A DNA stretch of 62,151 bases, from assembly GCF_030684315.1 (NCBI RefSeq), contig NC_081358.1:34723828-34785978 (forward strand). Direction: 5' to 3'. The notes below the pieces were generated by a model that was not told where the DNA came from, searched no databases, and saw nothing but the letters and a program-made list of their open reading frames with translations. The position numbers were made by a program, and so were the translations under genes. Positions 61,095 to 62,151 of this stretch are shown here, in pieces (position 1 is the stretch's first letter; each line of letters begins with the position of its first letter). The stretch is from Stegostoma tigrinum (Eukaryota).

Positions 61095-62151
61095 AATGAC
61101 CTTCCCCTCATTACAAGGTCAGAAATGGGGATGTTCACTGATGATTGCACAATGTTCAGTACGATTTACGACTCCTCAGAAACTGAAGTTGTGCATATTC
61201 AATTGCCACACGATGTGAACAATATCCAAGCTTGGCAGACAAGTGGCAAGTAGTATTTGCGCTACATACTATCTCCAATAAGAGATAATCTAACCAGTGC
61301 CCCTTGATTTTCAACAGTGTTATCATGACTGAATGTCACACAATCAAACATCGTCGAGCGCACCACTGACCAAAAACTCAACCGGACATGCCACATAAAT
61401 AGAGAGGCGACAACAGCAGGTTTGAGGCGAGGAATATTGTGGTGAGTAACTCAGCTCCCGACTCACCAAAGCCTGTCCACCATCTACAAGCACAAGTCAG
61501 GAACATGATGGAATGCTCTCCAGTTGCCTAGATGGGTGCAGCTCCAACAACATACAAGAAACTCGACACCATCCAGACAAAGCAGCTCACTTGATTGACA
61601 CCACATTCACTTACTCAGTTACTAATGCTCAGTAGCAGCAGTGTATGACACACTGCAGAAATTCACCAAAGATCCTTCGACTTTTCAGACCCACAATCAC
61701 CTCCATCTAGAAAGACAAGGGCAGCATATACATAAGAACACCACTTGCAAATTCCCCTTCATGCCACTCACTATCCAGACTTGGAAATATATTGCTATTT
61801 CTTCACTGTTGCTGGGTCAAAATTCTGGAGTTACTTCTCTAAGGGCATTTTGGGTCAAGCTACAACACATGGACTGCAGACATTCAAGAAGGCAGCTCAC
61901 CCCACCTTTGCAAGGGCAACTAGGGATGGACGATAAATTCTGACCCAGACAGCGGTAGCCATGTCCCATGAGTGAATAAAAAAATCTGGTCATCTATCTC
62001 ACTGATGTTTGTGGGATCTTGTTATGCACAAAGTGGCTACAATGTTGACCACTATAATAGAATGGTTACTATTCAGCCTGCCATGTCTGTGCTGACTGTC
62101 CGCAAAAGCAAACTACTTACACTAATGCCCCTTTTCCCAATAATCCTGCAA

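Larger units (their letters stand above)
60168..61984 (+). mobile_element. L2/CR1-group LINE in CHD7 intron (60168..60360 and 61095..61984), split by a PLE
   Basis: KKQDKSNLAN, DAQFGFYQGHSSPDLVTALVQ, then NDLP.ITRSEMGMFTDDC through to a 3' A-tail. Confidence 0.85.
59930..62070 (+). mobile_element. Deu-domain SINE split into 59930..60165 and 61985..62070
   Basis: GTAGTACTGAGAG...GGTGG.TATAAAAGAT...CACTATTCAAAGAG...GCCAAT, continuing as TCTGGTCAT...TGTTTGTGGGATCTTG after the LINE poly(A). Confidence 0.6.

Noticed and set aside
59443-62151. Next upstream CHD7 exon (expected to end ...RNGKK)
   Set aside because: No matching minus-strand sequence was found; it probably lies beyond the window.

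Overview
Eukaryotic, repeat-rich DNA, almost certainly from a cartilaginous fish (shark). This is inferred from HE1-like V-SINEs, CR1/HER1-type LINEs and Deu-domain SINEs. The only host gene visible is the 3' end of CHD7 on the minus strand: the penultimate coding exon (59338..59442, BRK-domain end), the last coding exon (57869..58780) and a repeat-free 3' UTR with poly(A) signals. The rest is downstream intergenic DNA made of decayed CR1 LINEs, L2/CR1-group LINEs, SINEs, a Tx1-like LINE, a Harbinger transposase relic, Penelope-like element (PLE) fragments, a 42-bp minisatellite and microsatellites. Nearly all other ORFs in the track are retroelement debris or repeat artefacts. The most striking signal is a set of tiny (about 95-230 bp) non-coding inserts from at least three sequence families that share one layout: target-site duplication (TSD), inverted arm, minimal hammerhead-ribozyme motif (CUGANGA-stem II-GAAAC-GUC), arm, unpaired 30-37 nt tail, TSD. 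A longer copy with the same layout carries a GIY-YIG endonuclease relic, linking them to PLEs. There is also a perfect 146-bp inverted repeat with a fold-back junction. Repeat boundaries were read by eye and are approximate unless a TSD is quoted.
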